Below are positions 54,250-62,911 of a stretch of 64,000 bases of DNA, piece by piece (positions within the stretch are counted from its first letter, which is position 1; every line of letters starts with the position of its first letter). Origin of the DNA: a virus (lineage: Duplodnaviria > Caudoviricetes); the IMG/VR virus record IMGVR_UViG_3300023194_000121, positions 770 to 64,769 of that record. The stretch is one strand, 5' to 3'. Position numbers and translations under genes: made by a program. The notes under the pieces were generated by a model, which saw nothing but the letters and a program-made list of their open reading frames with translations, did no database searches and had not been told where the DNA came from.

Positions 54250-54341
54250 ATCCCTGATGGTGCCGTCGATATGTTAATTGACAAAGCTATTCCAGAACTG
54301 GGGCACAAGTTAGGATTTGGCCATGATAGAATGGGAACGAG

Positions 54342-55499
54342 CTACACTGATTTCAAAATCATATTTGACAGCTGACTAAGCTGAGGTGAGATTTCTATTT
54401 CGGCAGATTTAAAGAGTTGGAGGTAGTTTCCAAGCAGCTCTCTCCGCTTGTTCCGAAACTCTTCCGCGTCAAACGAAAAATAATCTCTGATATTGTTGGC
54501 AGTGATACCTTTGATCTCCGAGTAATTGCGAACTGGAATACCCATCGTTTCGCACATCTCCCGCGTACGGCTGTCGTGTGCGATGACGGCCGCTGGTACG
54601 CCGGCCTGAATTGCTAGCATTGCGCCGTGGAATCTCGTCCCTACTACAAAATCAAAACGTCGCAAAAAATCCAACCAAGCTCTCGCGTCGTAGATCGCAT
54701 AAGCATATTTGCGGCACCAAGTTTTGAATTCTTCCATTGACTTGTTCGGTGCTACGAAATTCTTGCACAAATCTAATGTTTTTGGATCGATTTTATCGAA
54801 TTCATCGCGGGCTAATCTGAGCATTTCGAGCCCATGCTGAACGATATAAGCGCCGCCGGTAACGGTGACGATGTCTGCCAAATCTTGCTCAATTTTGGAT
54901 AACTCCGGTGGTCCGTAGGGGATTCCAGCGGCAACGGCGATTACTTTCGGAGCAAGCTTATATTTTCTTTCCAACACATCTGGCAGATCTAATCGGTAGT
55001 TAATGAAGTTTGAGGGGCAGCCACTGACGATGCTTGAGTGAGGATAGCCTAGTTTTTCGATTTGACTTTTTGTGAACGCTCCACGCACCCCCAAATTGGG
55101 GGCATCGGAAGGCGAAGATGCGGCCAAGACTTGAAGCCAGTTTTTTGTTCCGTCGGTAAGCTCAATATCTGGGGATAGGATAGTCGACTGTGCCCCTAAA
55201 CCGATACCAATTACCGGCAGTTGAAATTCTTTTAGCTTACGCGCTAAAGAACCCAAATCGGTATGCTTTCCGAGCTGGTTCGCGAGAGGCAATACGAGAA
55301 TGTCGCCCATCGATCTTAATTGTTCGGGTGACGCGTTCCATTCAACGATCGGTACGTTAGCTTTAAGATGCGAGACGATAGCATACTGAAATGCGAGGTT
55401 ACCTGAGTTACCGCCGGTTTCGTCAAAAAGGCTTTTAGAGTCTTTCAGATAAACATCTTTAATATAGGGGTTACCCCCTATCACAATCGCTTTGCGCAT
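54342..55499 (-). CDS. Polysaccharide pyruvyl transferase family protein
   Basis: GNSGNLAFQYA...IGLGAQ...LGVRG.FT...GCPS...DFVVGTRFHGAMLAIQAGVPA..IAHDSRTRE. Confidence 0.88.
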   Translation of the reverse strand: MRKAIVIGGNPYIKDVYLKDSKSLFDETGGNSGNLAFQYAIVSHLKANVPIVEWNASPEQLRSMGDILVLPLANQLGKHTDLGSLARKLKEFQLPVIGIGLGAQSTILSPDIELTDGTKNWLQVLAASSPSDAPNLGVRGAFTKSQIEKLGYPHSSIVSGCPSNFINYRLDLPDVLERKYKLAPKVIAVAAGIPYGPPELSKIEQDLADIVTVTGGAYIVQHGLEMLRLARDEFDKIDPKTLDLCKNFVAPNKSMEEFKTWCRKYAYAIYDARAWLDFLRRFDFVVGTRFHGAMLAIQAGVPAAVIAHDSRTREMCETMGIPVRNYSEIKGITANNIRDYFSFDAEEFRNKRRELLGNYLQLFKSAEIEISPQLSQLSNMILKSV

Positions 55500-55885
55500 C
55501 CGTTGTATTCCTTCGGGAACGGTCAAACTGCTCGATTGGGAGTTGATTGCCACAGCATCTCGTGGTCGTCTATATCTTCAAATACCCAACTTCTGCCAGG
55601 CTTAACGAGATCGAGACGCAATCCGCTATGGTCCTGATTCCTTTACAGGAGGCTCCTGTCCTTTTTGCAACGGCCTGTTCTTTAGCATTAGTCTCGCCAA
55701 AGCATGAGCATGAACTTCAGCGACTTAATCGTTGGTGAATTCTGTTGATCGAAACGCTAGTGCGGCGAGTGAGGAGCCCATAAGGCATTTGTATTTGTTT
55801 ATGAACTATAAGGGTAATTTGGGCAAAAAATCGCGGTCTAAGTCCAATTATTGCAGTTTTGCTCGCCATCCTGTCAGGATAAACG

Positions 55886-56227
55886 ATGTCCAATTTTCGT
55901 TCGCAGAAAGTATACCTGAATATTACAGACAGGTTCTGCAAGACAGCAAATAGATATCTTCTCCTATTTAGCGTTTCTGTGTGTTTAATAATTCTTCTTT
56001 ATTTCTTTTACCAGGGTGCTGGAATTATAAAAACTCAGCGAGTATCTTTAATTCGTGACTTAAAATCTAATGTAATGCTTTACCATAAAAACTGTGAATA
56101 TAATCATTACTTCACCGTCATAGATTTAATAAGTATTCAAGGGTTTGATGACTTTAAAATGGCTGAAAAATTAGAATGCCCGAGATTTTATAATCAAAAT
56201 CAAGAGTGGATGTCGCCAACTGAGTAG
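55886..56227 (+). CDS. AT-rich membrane-anchored hypothetical protein
   Basis: TM LLLFSVSVCLIILLYFFY; divergent from glycan genes. Confidence 0.45.
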   Translation: MSNFRSQKVYLNITDRFCKTANRYLLLFSVSVCLIILLYFFYQGAGIIKTQRVSLIRDLKSNVMLYHKNCEYNHYFTVIDLISIQGFDDFKMAEKLECPRFYNQNQEWMSPTE

Positions 56228-56236
56228 CGTATAGCT

Positions 56237-56656
56237 GTGGCTGTAATTCTGGGAGGAAGGGCTGAGGTGGCCGAAATTCAGAAAGACGAAATAAAGTTCG
56301 ACGGTCGCATTGACGGTTTTGTCCCGCCCGCGGAGTTTAGCGGATGGGTCACCAAACAAGTAAACGGAAATCTTGTCAAAAATGCTTGTGTCGAAATAAA
56401 TAACTCAAGTCTCCTAGCGGTTGTGTTTCCATCCTTTAAGCGTCTGGACGTTTCTAATGACCCAAATATTTACACGGGTTTTTCGATCGACTTGGAGCGT
56501 CTAATATCTCTGCACGAGATCCGGTCTGTAATGGAATTCGTTGAAGGCACTTGTAGATTCGTTGCCGCTGACGTCAATGGTCAGCGAATGGTGCTCAAAA
56601 TTGTTCCTCGTGCAGAAGAGAAAATTAGAGCGTGGTTTGCGAGCACCAAAGCGTGA
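56237..56656 (+). CDS. Hypothetical protein resembling Ig-like accessory domains of rhizobial glycosyltransferases
   Basis: GRIDG....FSGW...VEI...R.DV......GFSIDL. Confidence 0.45.
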   Translation: MAVILGGRAEVAEIQKDEIKFDGRIDGFVPPAEFSGWVTKQVNGNLVKNACVEINNSSLLAVVFPSFKRLDVSNDPNIYTGFSIDLERLISLHEIRSVMEFVEGTCRFVAADVNGQRMVLKIVPRAEEKIRAWFASTKA

Positions 56657-56677
56657 ATGCATCTGCTTTTTTGCACT

Positions 56678-56857
56678 TCAGATATCGAAATCTGATGCTT
56701 CTTCTTTGATTTGAGCAAGTAACATTAATAGTGCTTGTTTTTCCTTTTCAGTTAAAGAGATTGGCTGACCGGGCTCATAACGCTGTAAGAAGGTCTCGAG
56801 CGTGGTCGCTGCTTCTAATGTATCAATTAAGCTGAGGGCTACTTTTCGAGTTTCCAT
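56678..56857 (-). CDS. Small hypothetical protein
   Basis: METRKVALSLIDTLEAA; GGAG upstream. Confidence 0.45.
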   Translation of the reverse strand: METRKVALSLIDTLEAATTLETFLQRYEPGQPISLTEKEKQALLMLLAQIKEEASDFDI

Positions 56858-57289
56858 TCGGTTTTCTCCATGACGGCTGGGCACCAGCCGTCCATTAATG
56901 TGGGGATTTAGTCAAGCATACGGCACTTGTCTTTTGATCCGATTTTTTCAAAAATAAGCCCGAGAAGAGCGTTTTCGTGGCCAGGCTTGAGGGGGGCGAT
57001 GTTACGAAGCAAAGGGCGCAGGAAGTTGAACGAGGCCGTTATGAGCAGTTTGATGGAAATCGAAGAAGCGATAGGGAACGCAATTCGTGGAATATTTGAA
57101 TCAAAATCAATGGCGTGCCCTGAGCCGGACATCTTGCGGAAAGCTGCGCGCGCGGCGATGGCCGAAATTGGCCCTCTGAAAGGGACAGCTAACTCTGTCG
57201 GCACAAATGCTGAGCGTTCTGGCGAACTCGCCACCTGGTCTGGATGGGAGACGTTCAAAGGGTAATTCCTGAGCACATCGAATTGATTA

Positions 57290-57757
57290 TCATGCGCTAG
57301 GGTTTTCTATAATAACTGTGCCCGTGACGCCGTCATAGGTCAGTGCGAAATCGCGAAGGAACGTCCTTCCGAGGATTGCTTGGTGGAACGCTGGATTGCC
57401 AGCCTGAAGACGTACACCAGCGAACAGACCAGTTATCACGTGATAAAGAGCCGGAACATGCATTTGGGCTATGTACATGTTGACTTCTTGATTTCCGTTA
57501 GTTCCTGCAATTTGACGACGATCTGCAATTGGCAAGCCCAGCGAAATAGCTAAACTATCATCGATACATGATTCTATGCTCCCGGTATCAATTAGCGCAC
57601 AAACTTCCGTAGGAAGATTTGGCACTTCGTAGCGGCGGCTATCGTCATAATTAGGGTCGAATCCGACGTTAACAAAAATGGTTGGACCGTTTAGAAGAAG
57701 ACGATCCCTTCCCTTGGCGATTTCGCCATCTTCAAAACCACATAGCGCTTTACGCAT
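57290..57757 (-). CDS. Retroviral-like (clan AA) aspartic protease
   Basis: ALIDTGSIESCIDDSLAISLGL and ILGRTFL. Confidence 0.85.
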   Translation of the reverse strand: MRKALCGFEDGEIAKGRDRLLLNGPTIFVNVGFDPNYDDSRRYEVPNLPTEVCALIDTGSIESCIDDSLAISLGLPIADRRQIAGTNGNQEVNMYIAQMHVPALYHVITGLFAGVRLQAGNPAFHQAILGRTFLRDFALTYDGVTGTVIIENPSA

Positions 57758-57950
57758 TTGCTTCAACTTGGATTAGATGTTGGGGTCGAGATCTCTACCA
57801 GAGTGCTACTCGAGATGCCATCCGATGCCATGAGCTTGAATGTGCGTTATCCCTGAATTCGTGGCAGGAGCTCTTAGCCTCCCGGAGGATCAAGTGGGAT
57901 CTTCACGGAAGGGTGTGAAATAGCGACGAATATCAATGACTGTGTGTTGC

Positions 57951-58160
57951 TCATTGTGCGCGGGAGCCGAATGGCCAAAGCCAAATATTGAAAAGCGATC
58001 TCACTGCGAGCGCTAAAAGCATATAAAGTACGGCACCGATTAGCCAACAGCCAATGGACATTCCCGCCATTTCTTCCACGCCGACATTGGGGGTCAGCCC
58101 AAGCAATCTCGTGATTCCGTAGCCAAAAATAGCGGCCACCCAAGCTAGCAAGAATGCCAT
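57951..58160 (-). CDS. Small two-TM membrane protein
   Basis: Two hydrophobic helices. Confidence 0.45.
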   Translation of the reverse strand: MAFLLAWVAAIFGYGITRLLGLTPNVGVEEMAGMSIGCWLIGAVLYMLLALAVRSLFNIWLWPFGSRAQ

Positions 58161-58292
58161 CAAGTCGCCTGTACGAGCTCTCACGTGCTGCTCCCTATTT
58201 TTCCAGCCCGGCGAACGCCACTTTCCCCGAGCGCCCGCCGGCAGTATACAGCCGCTTTGATACGCAGCTCAACGCCATCTTCATGTCGATAA

Positions 58293-58532
58293 TTAGCACG
58301 GCCGATCTGTTTTTTTCAGCGCCTCAAAGAAATAAGCCGGAGCGACATCCAAAATCTTGGCAAACTGCATCAAGAGACCGGCGTCGACATGTTTGTCTCC
58401 GCTTTCATAGGCTGCGAGATCCTCTGTTGAGATCAGGAGCTTTTCTGCCAACTGCTCGACGCTCCAGCGCAGCGTCAGCCTGCGCGAAGAAATTTGGCAG
58501 CCCACGGCCTCATCAATAGCATTTTTCTTCAA
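58293..58532 (-). CDS. XRE-family HTH regulator
   Basis: IDEAVGCQISSRRLTL..S.EQLAEKL...YESG..HVDAG.L..FAKILDV.PAYFF. Confidence 0.85.
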   Translation of the reverse strand: MKKNAIDEAVGCQISSRRLTLRWSVEQLAEKLLISTEDLAAYESGDKHVDAGLLMQFAKILDVAPAYFFEALKKTDRPC

Positions 58533-58864
58533 AAGGCTCTCCCTAAGCCTTTATGTGCTACCTAAAGCTATACTACAGGTACAGGAGCTTCGACTGTTAA
58601 ACTTGCTAGACGATAGCCGGTAACAGTCCATTTTGTTTTAAATTTCGAGGTAAATTTATGGGATTGCTGAGGAGTAGGCGGATTTCCCTTGTGAATGGCA
58701 GGATGGCTTAAAGCAAAGGTTTTTTAATCGAATTCTTAGCAACTGATTGCTTGGCTAAATGACTTAGCTATTTGTTCGAGCAACGCGGATCATGATGGGC
58801 CGCCGCTGCTTCGCTGGTCTGGACGCGCGAATGCGTCGGACGACGAGTCTGGCGAGAAAGCGGG

Positions 58865-59041
58865 ATGGCAAACGCAGACGCGGTTGAAGTGCTTGCATAT
58901 GTTGCAATGATGGCCGACGAACTCAGGGCACTCGCAGGCGCGGTTGCTTCAGAAAAGCTTCTGTCATTGTTGGAGGCATCCGGTGATGCAGCGCGAGAGC
59001 AAATTGAACAGATCACATCAAGCGGTTCAAAAAGCGAATAG
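58865..59041 (+). CDS. Small helical Rhizobiales-type hypothetical protein (paralog 1)
   Basis: Manual translation MANADAVEVLAYVAMMADELRALAGAVASEKLLSLLEAS; not in ORF track. Confidence 0.55.
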   Translation: MANADAVEVLAYVAMMADELRALAGAVASEKLLSLLEASGDAAREQIEQITSSGSKSE

Positions 59042-59073
59042 CCGGATTCAAAGCAATATTATGAGACGTCAAT

Positions 59074-59361
59074 ATGCCTGATCGTGATGAATGTGTGGAG
59101 ACTAGCCTGCGACCGGTCTCTGCCAGTGACGCCTTAGAATATATAGGGGACATGACCCGCGAGCTTGCGCAGCTCGCCGAACCAACCAAACTTCCCATGC
59201 TCGTTTATCATCTACAGGCTGCTCGCGATATTTGCTTAAGGGCGCGAGAGCAGGAAATCATCGACAAGATGCAGCTTCTACATGACGAAGCCTTCGTGGT
59301 CTTGCCGAGCATATTGCATCAAGCGCTTTTCGACGATTCTCCGGACGATACTCAATCTTGA
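59074..59361 (+). CDS. Small helical Rhizobiales-type hypothetical protein (paralog 2)
   Basis: DALEYIGDMTRELAQLA...MLVYHLQAA. Confidence 0.55.
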   Translation: MPDRDECVETSLRPVSASDALEYIGDMTRELAQLAEPTKLPMLVYHLQAARDICLRAREQEIIDKMQLLHDEAFVVLPSILHQALFDDSPDDTQS

Positions 59362-60295
59362 GATTGCAGCCCGGCAAAGCTCGAATGCCGCAGCATCCCG
59401 TTTCGGTGAGATCGCGGAAGGCGACATTCGCCTTGAGCAGCGGCTGGCACCATCTGGCGCCCTTAATCCGCAAGCCAACGATCGGTGCCCTGCTAATTTC
59501 GATGCTGTCAATCGCGCGTTTGAGATCGGCCGCGACGCGTTCTGAAAAGCCGGTCCCGACGGAGCCGCGATAAGTCAGGCCGACGCCTTCCTCACTCGCA
59601 ACATGCAGCGCGCCAAGGCCGCCGTGCTTGCCGGGCTGATAGCCGATGATGGTGTAGGCCTGATGCTTGATGCATTTGACCTTGAACCAGTCCTGCACGC
59701 GGCCTGAGCGATACGGGCGGTCTCGCCGCTTCGAGACTATTCCCTCGAGCTCATGCTCGCAGGCTATGGCAAAGACGCGCGGACCAGGCGCATGAAGCTC
59801 TTCGCTGAAACGGATTGCATCCGGTGCGCCGGCGATGATTCCTTCGAGCACCATGCGCCGAGTATCGAGCTGCCAGTCCCTGATATCGAGCCCGTCGAAG
59901 AAGAGCAGATCGAAGACGAAAACGACCGCTTCATGCGCGCCGCTGGCCTTCAGCGCGGCCTGCAGAAGCCCGAAGCGGGAGCGGCCGCGATCGTCGAGCA
60001 CGACAGCTTCGCCATCGATAACGGCATTGCGCACGGGTAGCCCGGCGGCGGCCGTCGCGATCGCCGGAAAGCGCTTCGTGAAATTGAGGCCAGTGCTGGA
60101 ATAGATCGTGACCTTGCCGTCCTCGATCGCAATCGAGATGCGGTATCCGTCCCATTTGATCTCATGCTGCCATTCTGGACCCGTCGGCGGCTTGGTGACG
60201 GTCGTCGGCTTGCTCGGCGCAATCCAGCCCGGCAGCGGAGCGTTGAATTCAACGGTCGGGGTTAGAGGTACGTTTACGTTATTTGTTTTCGCCAT
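59352..60295 (-). pseudogene. ligD: LigD-type ATP-dependent DNA ligase domain with a 1-bp frameshift near the C-terminus
   Basis: EIKWDGYR (motif I), IDGEAVV, FVFDLLF, EGIVSKR..PYRSGR..DW.KVK; motif GMLRHSSFAGL lies in another frame after 59401-59403. Confidence 0.75.
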
Positions 60296-60335
60296 CACGA
60301 AGTGTGTGCAACGCAGTTTCCAAGGAACATGTAGC

Positions 60336-60599
60336 CTACTTTACGGCTCCAGGATCGTCATTGCAGATGAGGACGTCCGGTTTAACGCCTAATGCTGTTG
60401 CGATTCTATAACATAAGGCAGCGTCGACGCGTTCCGATCCACTTTCAAAATCGAGCATTTCTTGCTCACTCACGCCGATCATTTCGGCCAGATGCTTGGC
60501 CGTCAGAGTGAGTTCTTCGCGGCGCTTTCTTATGCGCTCCCCGACAGCAACATCTAATGAATTCGGCAAAAGGCTTTCTCCCAAAAGCCCATATCTCAA
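60336..60599 (-). CDS. XRE-family HTH regulator (paralog of 58293-58532)
   Basis: LDVAVGERIRKRREEL.LT...LAEMIGVS.Q...FESG.ERVDA..CYRIATALGV. Confidence 0.85.
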   Translation of the reverse strand: MRYGLLGESLLPNSLDVAVGERIRKRREELTLTAKHLAEMIGVSEQEMLDFESGSERVDAALCYRIATALGVKPDVLICNDDPGAVK

Positions 60600-60846
60600 C
60601 TATAGCTATACCATATCAAGCTTGATATCGAAACGCGGTATTCAAAATGTGTCATTTTTACTGTTGATTTATTTCATTTTTTTGCGAATGTATCGATCTG
60701 ATGTGTACTCGGCATTTTGGTTATGCAAAATGCCAAACATCATAACGGGTTATATTGTTCTGTTACCAAATACTAATGAAGCAATTTTTAGATATTTTAA
60801 TTGATGTACGTTTTTGTAATCGGTTGAGTTTTATGGGGGGATAGTT

Positions 60847-61095
60847 GTGGCAAGTGACAGACCGCCTATAGTCAAAAATATAATAGATGAAACCGTCTAC
60901 AAGAAGCTTGAATACATTGAATCTATGCTCAAGGGTTTGGGCAAGATCATTGATGGAGATGATGACGAGGTCTTTTTTCATCTGAAAGCTGCGGAGCGCG
61001 CGTGTTCAGAGCGCATCTTCAACTTTGAGCGAGACGTGTTATCTGAAATCTCGAGGAGCGATCCGCCTACAGCCGAGCTTGGTGAAGCCGGATAA
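60847..61095 (+). CDS. Hypothetical protein
   Basis: 82-aa ORF with GGGGGA RBS. Confidence 0.45.
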   Translation: MASDRPPIVKNIIDETVYKKLEYIESMLKGLGKIIDGDDDEVFFHLKAAERACSERIFNFERDVLSEISRSDPPTAELGEAG

Positions 61096-61158
61096 TTTTG
61101 TAGGATTGCAATTTTTGGTTGTACTTCGTAGCCTTTCGGTGCTGCACGGGAGGCGTCG

Positions 61159-61602
61159 ATGCACGGAACATTCGCTGGGGAAGACGGGTCGAAAATAAAA
61201 AACCTCTTCGACCTCGATGAGCTTAGTCGTCTCATACATATTGTTCGCGTCGTGCAATTGGGTGCGCGGTACGCTACATGTGACGATGAATTACAAGATC
61301 TCGCTCATGGGGCAGATTATGTATGCATATATCTGTCGCATAAAATCGAAGAAATCGATAATGGCCAGTCGTCCGATGGCCCTTTAAACGCTAAACGGTT
61401 GCTCACTCTGCTCAAGACAATCGCTGATCTTCTTGTGTGCTTTGGTGCCTTGGTCGAGGGCGATGTTGTGGTCAGATACGCAGAGGCCGTCGACGGGCTT
61501 TTCCGCACGATAATTTCTCAAATGAAATCTCTTGAGCTTATTTTAAATCAGAATTCAGATGCGATCGAGGGGGAGATGACTGACGGATTTACCCTGGTCT
61601 AA
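61159..61602 (+). CDS. Hypothetical helical protein
   Basis: 147-aa ORF with GGAGG RBS. Confidence 0.55.
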   Translation: MHGTFAGEDGSKIKNLFDLDELSRLIHIVRVVQLGARYATCDDELQDLAHGADYVCIYLSHKIEEIDNGQSSDGPLNAKRLLTLLKTIADLLVCFGALVEGDVVVRYAEAVDGLFRTIISQMKSLELILNQNSDAIEGEMTDGFTLV

Positions 61603-61870
61603 CTGTCGAGGCGACGATGGTTATGACCTCCAACCAATTGTCGGTAGAGAGTAGATCTTTGTAATCGTCGAGGACCGTAAAGCGAGAAATCATGCCGCCA
61701 AATTCGCGATCAGCGTGGTCCGGATAATCGATATAAACCGTGAGATTGTTAGGTGTGAGCCAACACGGACAAGTGTCATTGTGCCAACTGATATCTCGCC
61801 AGTCCCTCGGAATGGATGGAATTGTGCCAGCGGGATAGTCCGGAAATTCAGATTCATAATCTAATTTCAT
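61589..61870 (-). CDS. Hypothetical phage protein
   Basis: WRDISWHNDTCPCW...TVYIDYPD..DRE; start placed at ATG 61870. Confidence 0.55.
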   Translation of the reverse strand: MKLDYESEFPDYPAGTIPSIPRDWRDISWHNDTCPCWLTPNNLTVYIDYPDHADREFGGMISRFTVLDDYKDLLSTDNWLEVITIVASTVRPG

Positions 61871-62014
61871 GTCATTTAACCTTACGCCGCGCGCGATGAT
61901 GCTCGGATCATCATCACCTTCGCCGGTCTTGTTCAACCGCTTTGAGACCGCTGCGATTAGCCTGCATACGGGCCTTCTCTTATCCCCGATATCCACGCCT
62001 CGCATCGGCTATCC

Positions 62015-62398
62015 TCAGCGCTTTTGATCATCCTTCGACCGTTCCGCGATCGTCCGGATTCCCTGCCTCAAGGTAAGATGAGCACGGGGACGCTGGATGC
62101 AGGCTTCATCAAAGGCCGCACGGGCAATAATCCCATGACTTGATCGGGCCAAGACTTCTTCAATCCCGCCTTTGTCATTCCAGACTTCGACCTGATAGCC
62201 TCCCCATTCATCGCGGGGGCCATCCACGAGATCGGCATAAAGTCGCAGAGCTTGGACGATCATCCGTGTGCTTTGCTCGGTTAGAATGATGCGCTTGCCC
62301 GGCGGATGAGCTTCAAGGCGCGCGGCGAGATATCTGACGTCATTCATCGTCATGGTCTTCAAAGAGACGAAGCGTTGCACATACTGGCCTTTGGCCAT
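62015..62398 (-). CDS. Conserved small Rhizobiales protein, second gene of a LexA-boxed operon
   Basis: YQVEVWNDKGGIEEVLA...IARAAFDEA...RP...LTLRQGIRTIA; 1-nt overlap with Zn-ribbon gene. Confidence 0.7.
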   Translation of the reverse strand: MAKGQYVQRFVSLKTMTMNDVRYLAARLEAHPPGKRIILTEQSTRMIVQALRLYADLVDGPRDEWGGYQVEVWNDKGGIEEVLARSSHGIIARAAFDEACIQRPRAHLTLRQGIRTIAERSKDDQKR

Positions 62399-62688
62399 CA
62401 GAATCGCCCGTCGGCCATGATCCGATCGCCCTGGACATAGATGCGGCGTTCGAGCGGATACGGGTCGAGCAGCGTCTCATAGCCGATCATGACGTCGGTC
62501 TCTGTCCGGCGACCGCAATCCAGACATTGCAGGCGCCGAAGTGTGGAGGTCAGCCGCTCGGACTGCGGGCGGCGGTCCAGAAAGATGCGGCCGTTACGGC
62601 GGCAGATCAGGCATGTCACGAGCAGATATTGCCAGCCGTTTTCCGTGGCCTCGGCCACCGTCTGTGGAGGCTCATTGAGGGATCGCAT
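62398..62688 (-). CDS. Zn-ribbon (CxxC...CxxC) protein, LexA-boxed
   Basis: C26xxC29 and C55xxC58. Confidence 0.7.
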   Translation of the reverse strand: MRSLNEPPQTVAEATENGWQYLLVTCLICRRNGRIFLDRRPQSERLTSTLRRLQCLDCGRRTETDVMIGYETLLDPYPLERRIYVQGDRIMADGRF

Positions 62689-62701
62689 AGTCGCGCTCTT
62701 T

Positions 62702-62716
62702 GTTCCGACTTTGTTC
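62702..62716 (-). promoter_or_regulatory. Alphaproteobacterial LexA box (GTTC-N7-GTTC on + strand)
   Basis: GTTCCGACTTTGTTC 13 nt upstream of ATG 62688; tandem GAGTC-GAATC at 62738-62747. Confidence 0.8.
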
Positions 62717-62855
62717 TTATGCCGGAACGCGGATCGAGAGTCGAATCTGGATTGGAAAAGTGGGACACTCCGCTAATGGTGCCCTCTGGACACGACTGGT
62801 TTTAAAGGAGTAGAGAAAGTGTCCAACAGCGTTATTTCAGGCTCTTTATCTAGAA

Positions 62856-62870
62856 CCTCCTCTCCTGCCA
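62856..62870 (+). other. Candidate attR core resembling a tRNA 3' end (possibly Trp): CCTCCTCTCCTGCCA
   Basis: Ends in acceptor-like CTCTCCT-G-CCA; preceded by three GGACAC repeats and followed by a hairpin. Confidence 0.35.
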
Positions 62871-62911
62871 GATCTGATCCTTAAGGCGAAATCCTCTGAG
62901 GCGTCTTTTGA

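Larger units (their letters stand above)
1..62870. mobile_element. Temperate prophage with contractile tail; left end (attL) lies outside the window, right end tentative
   Basis: Continuous int-xis-recombination-cI/cro-replication-terminase-head-tail-lysis gene order; candidate attR at 62856-62870. Confidence 0.93.

Noticed and set aside
56908-57276. ORFs on either strand downstream of the aspartic protease as its partner
   Set aside because: Two mutually overlapping frames with no motif; coding status unsupported
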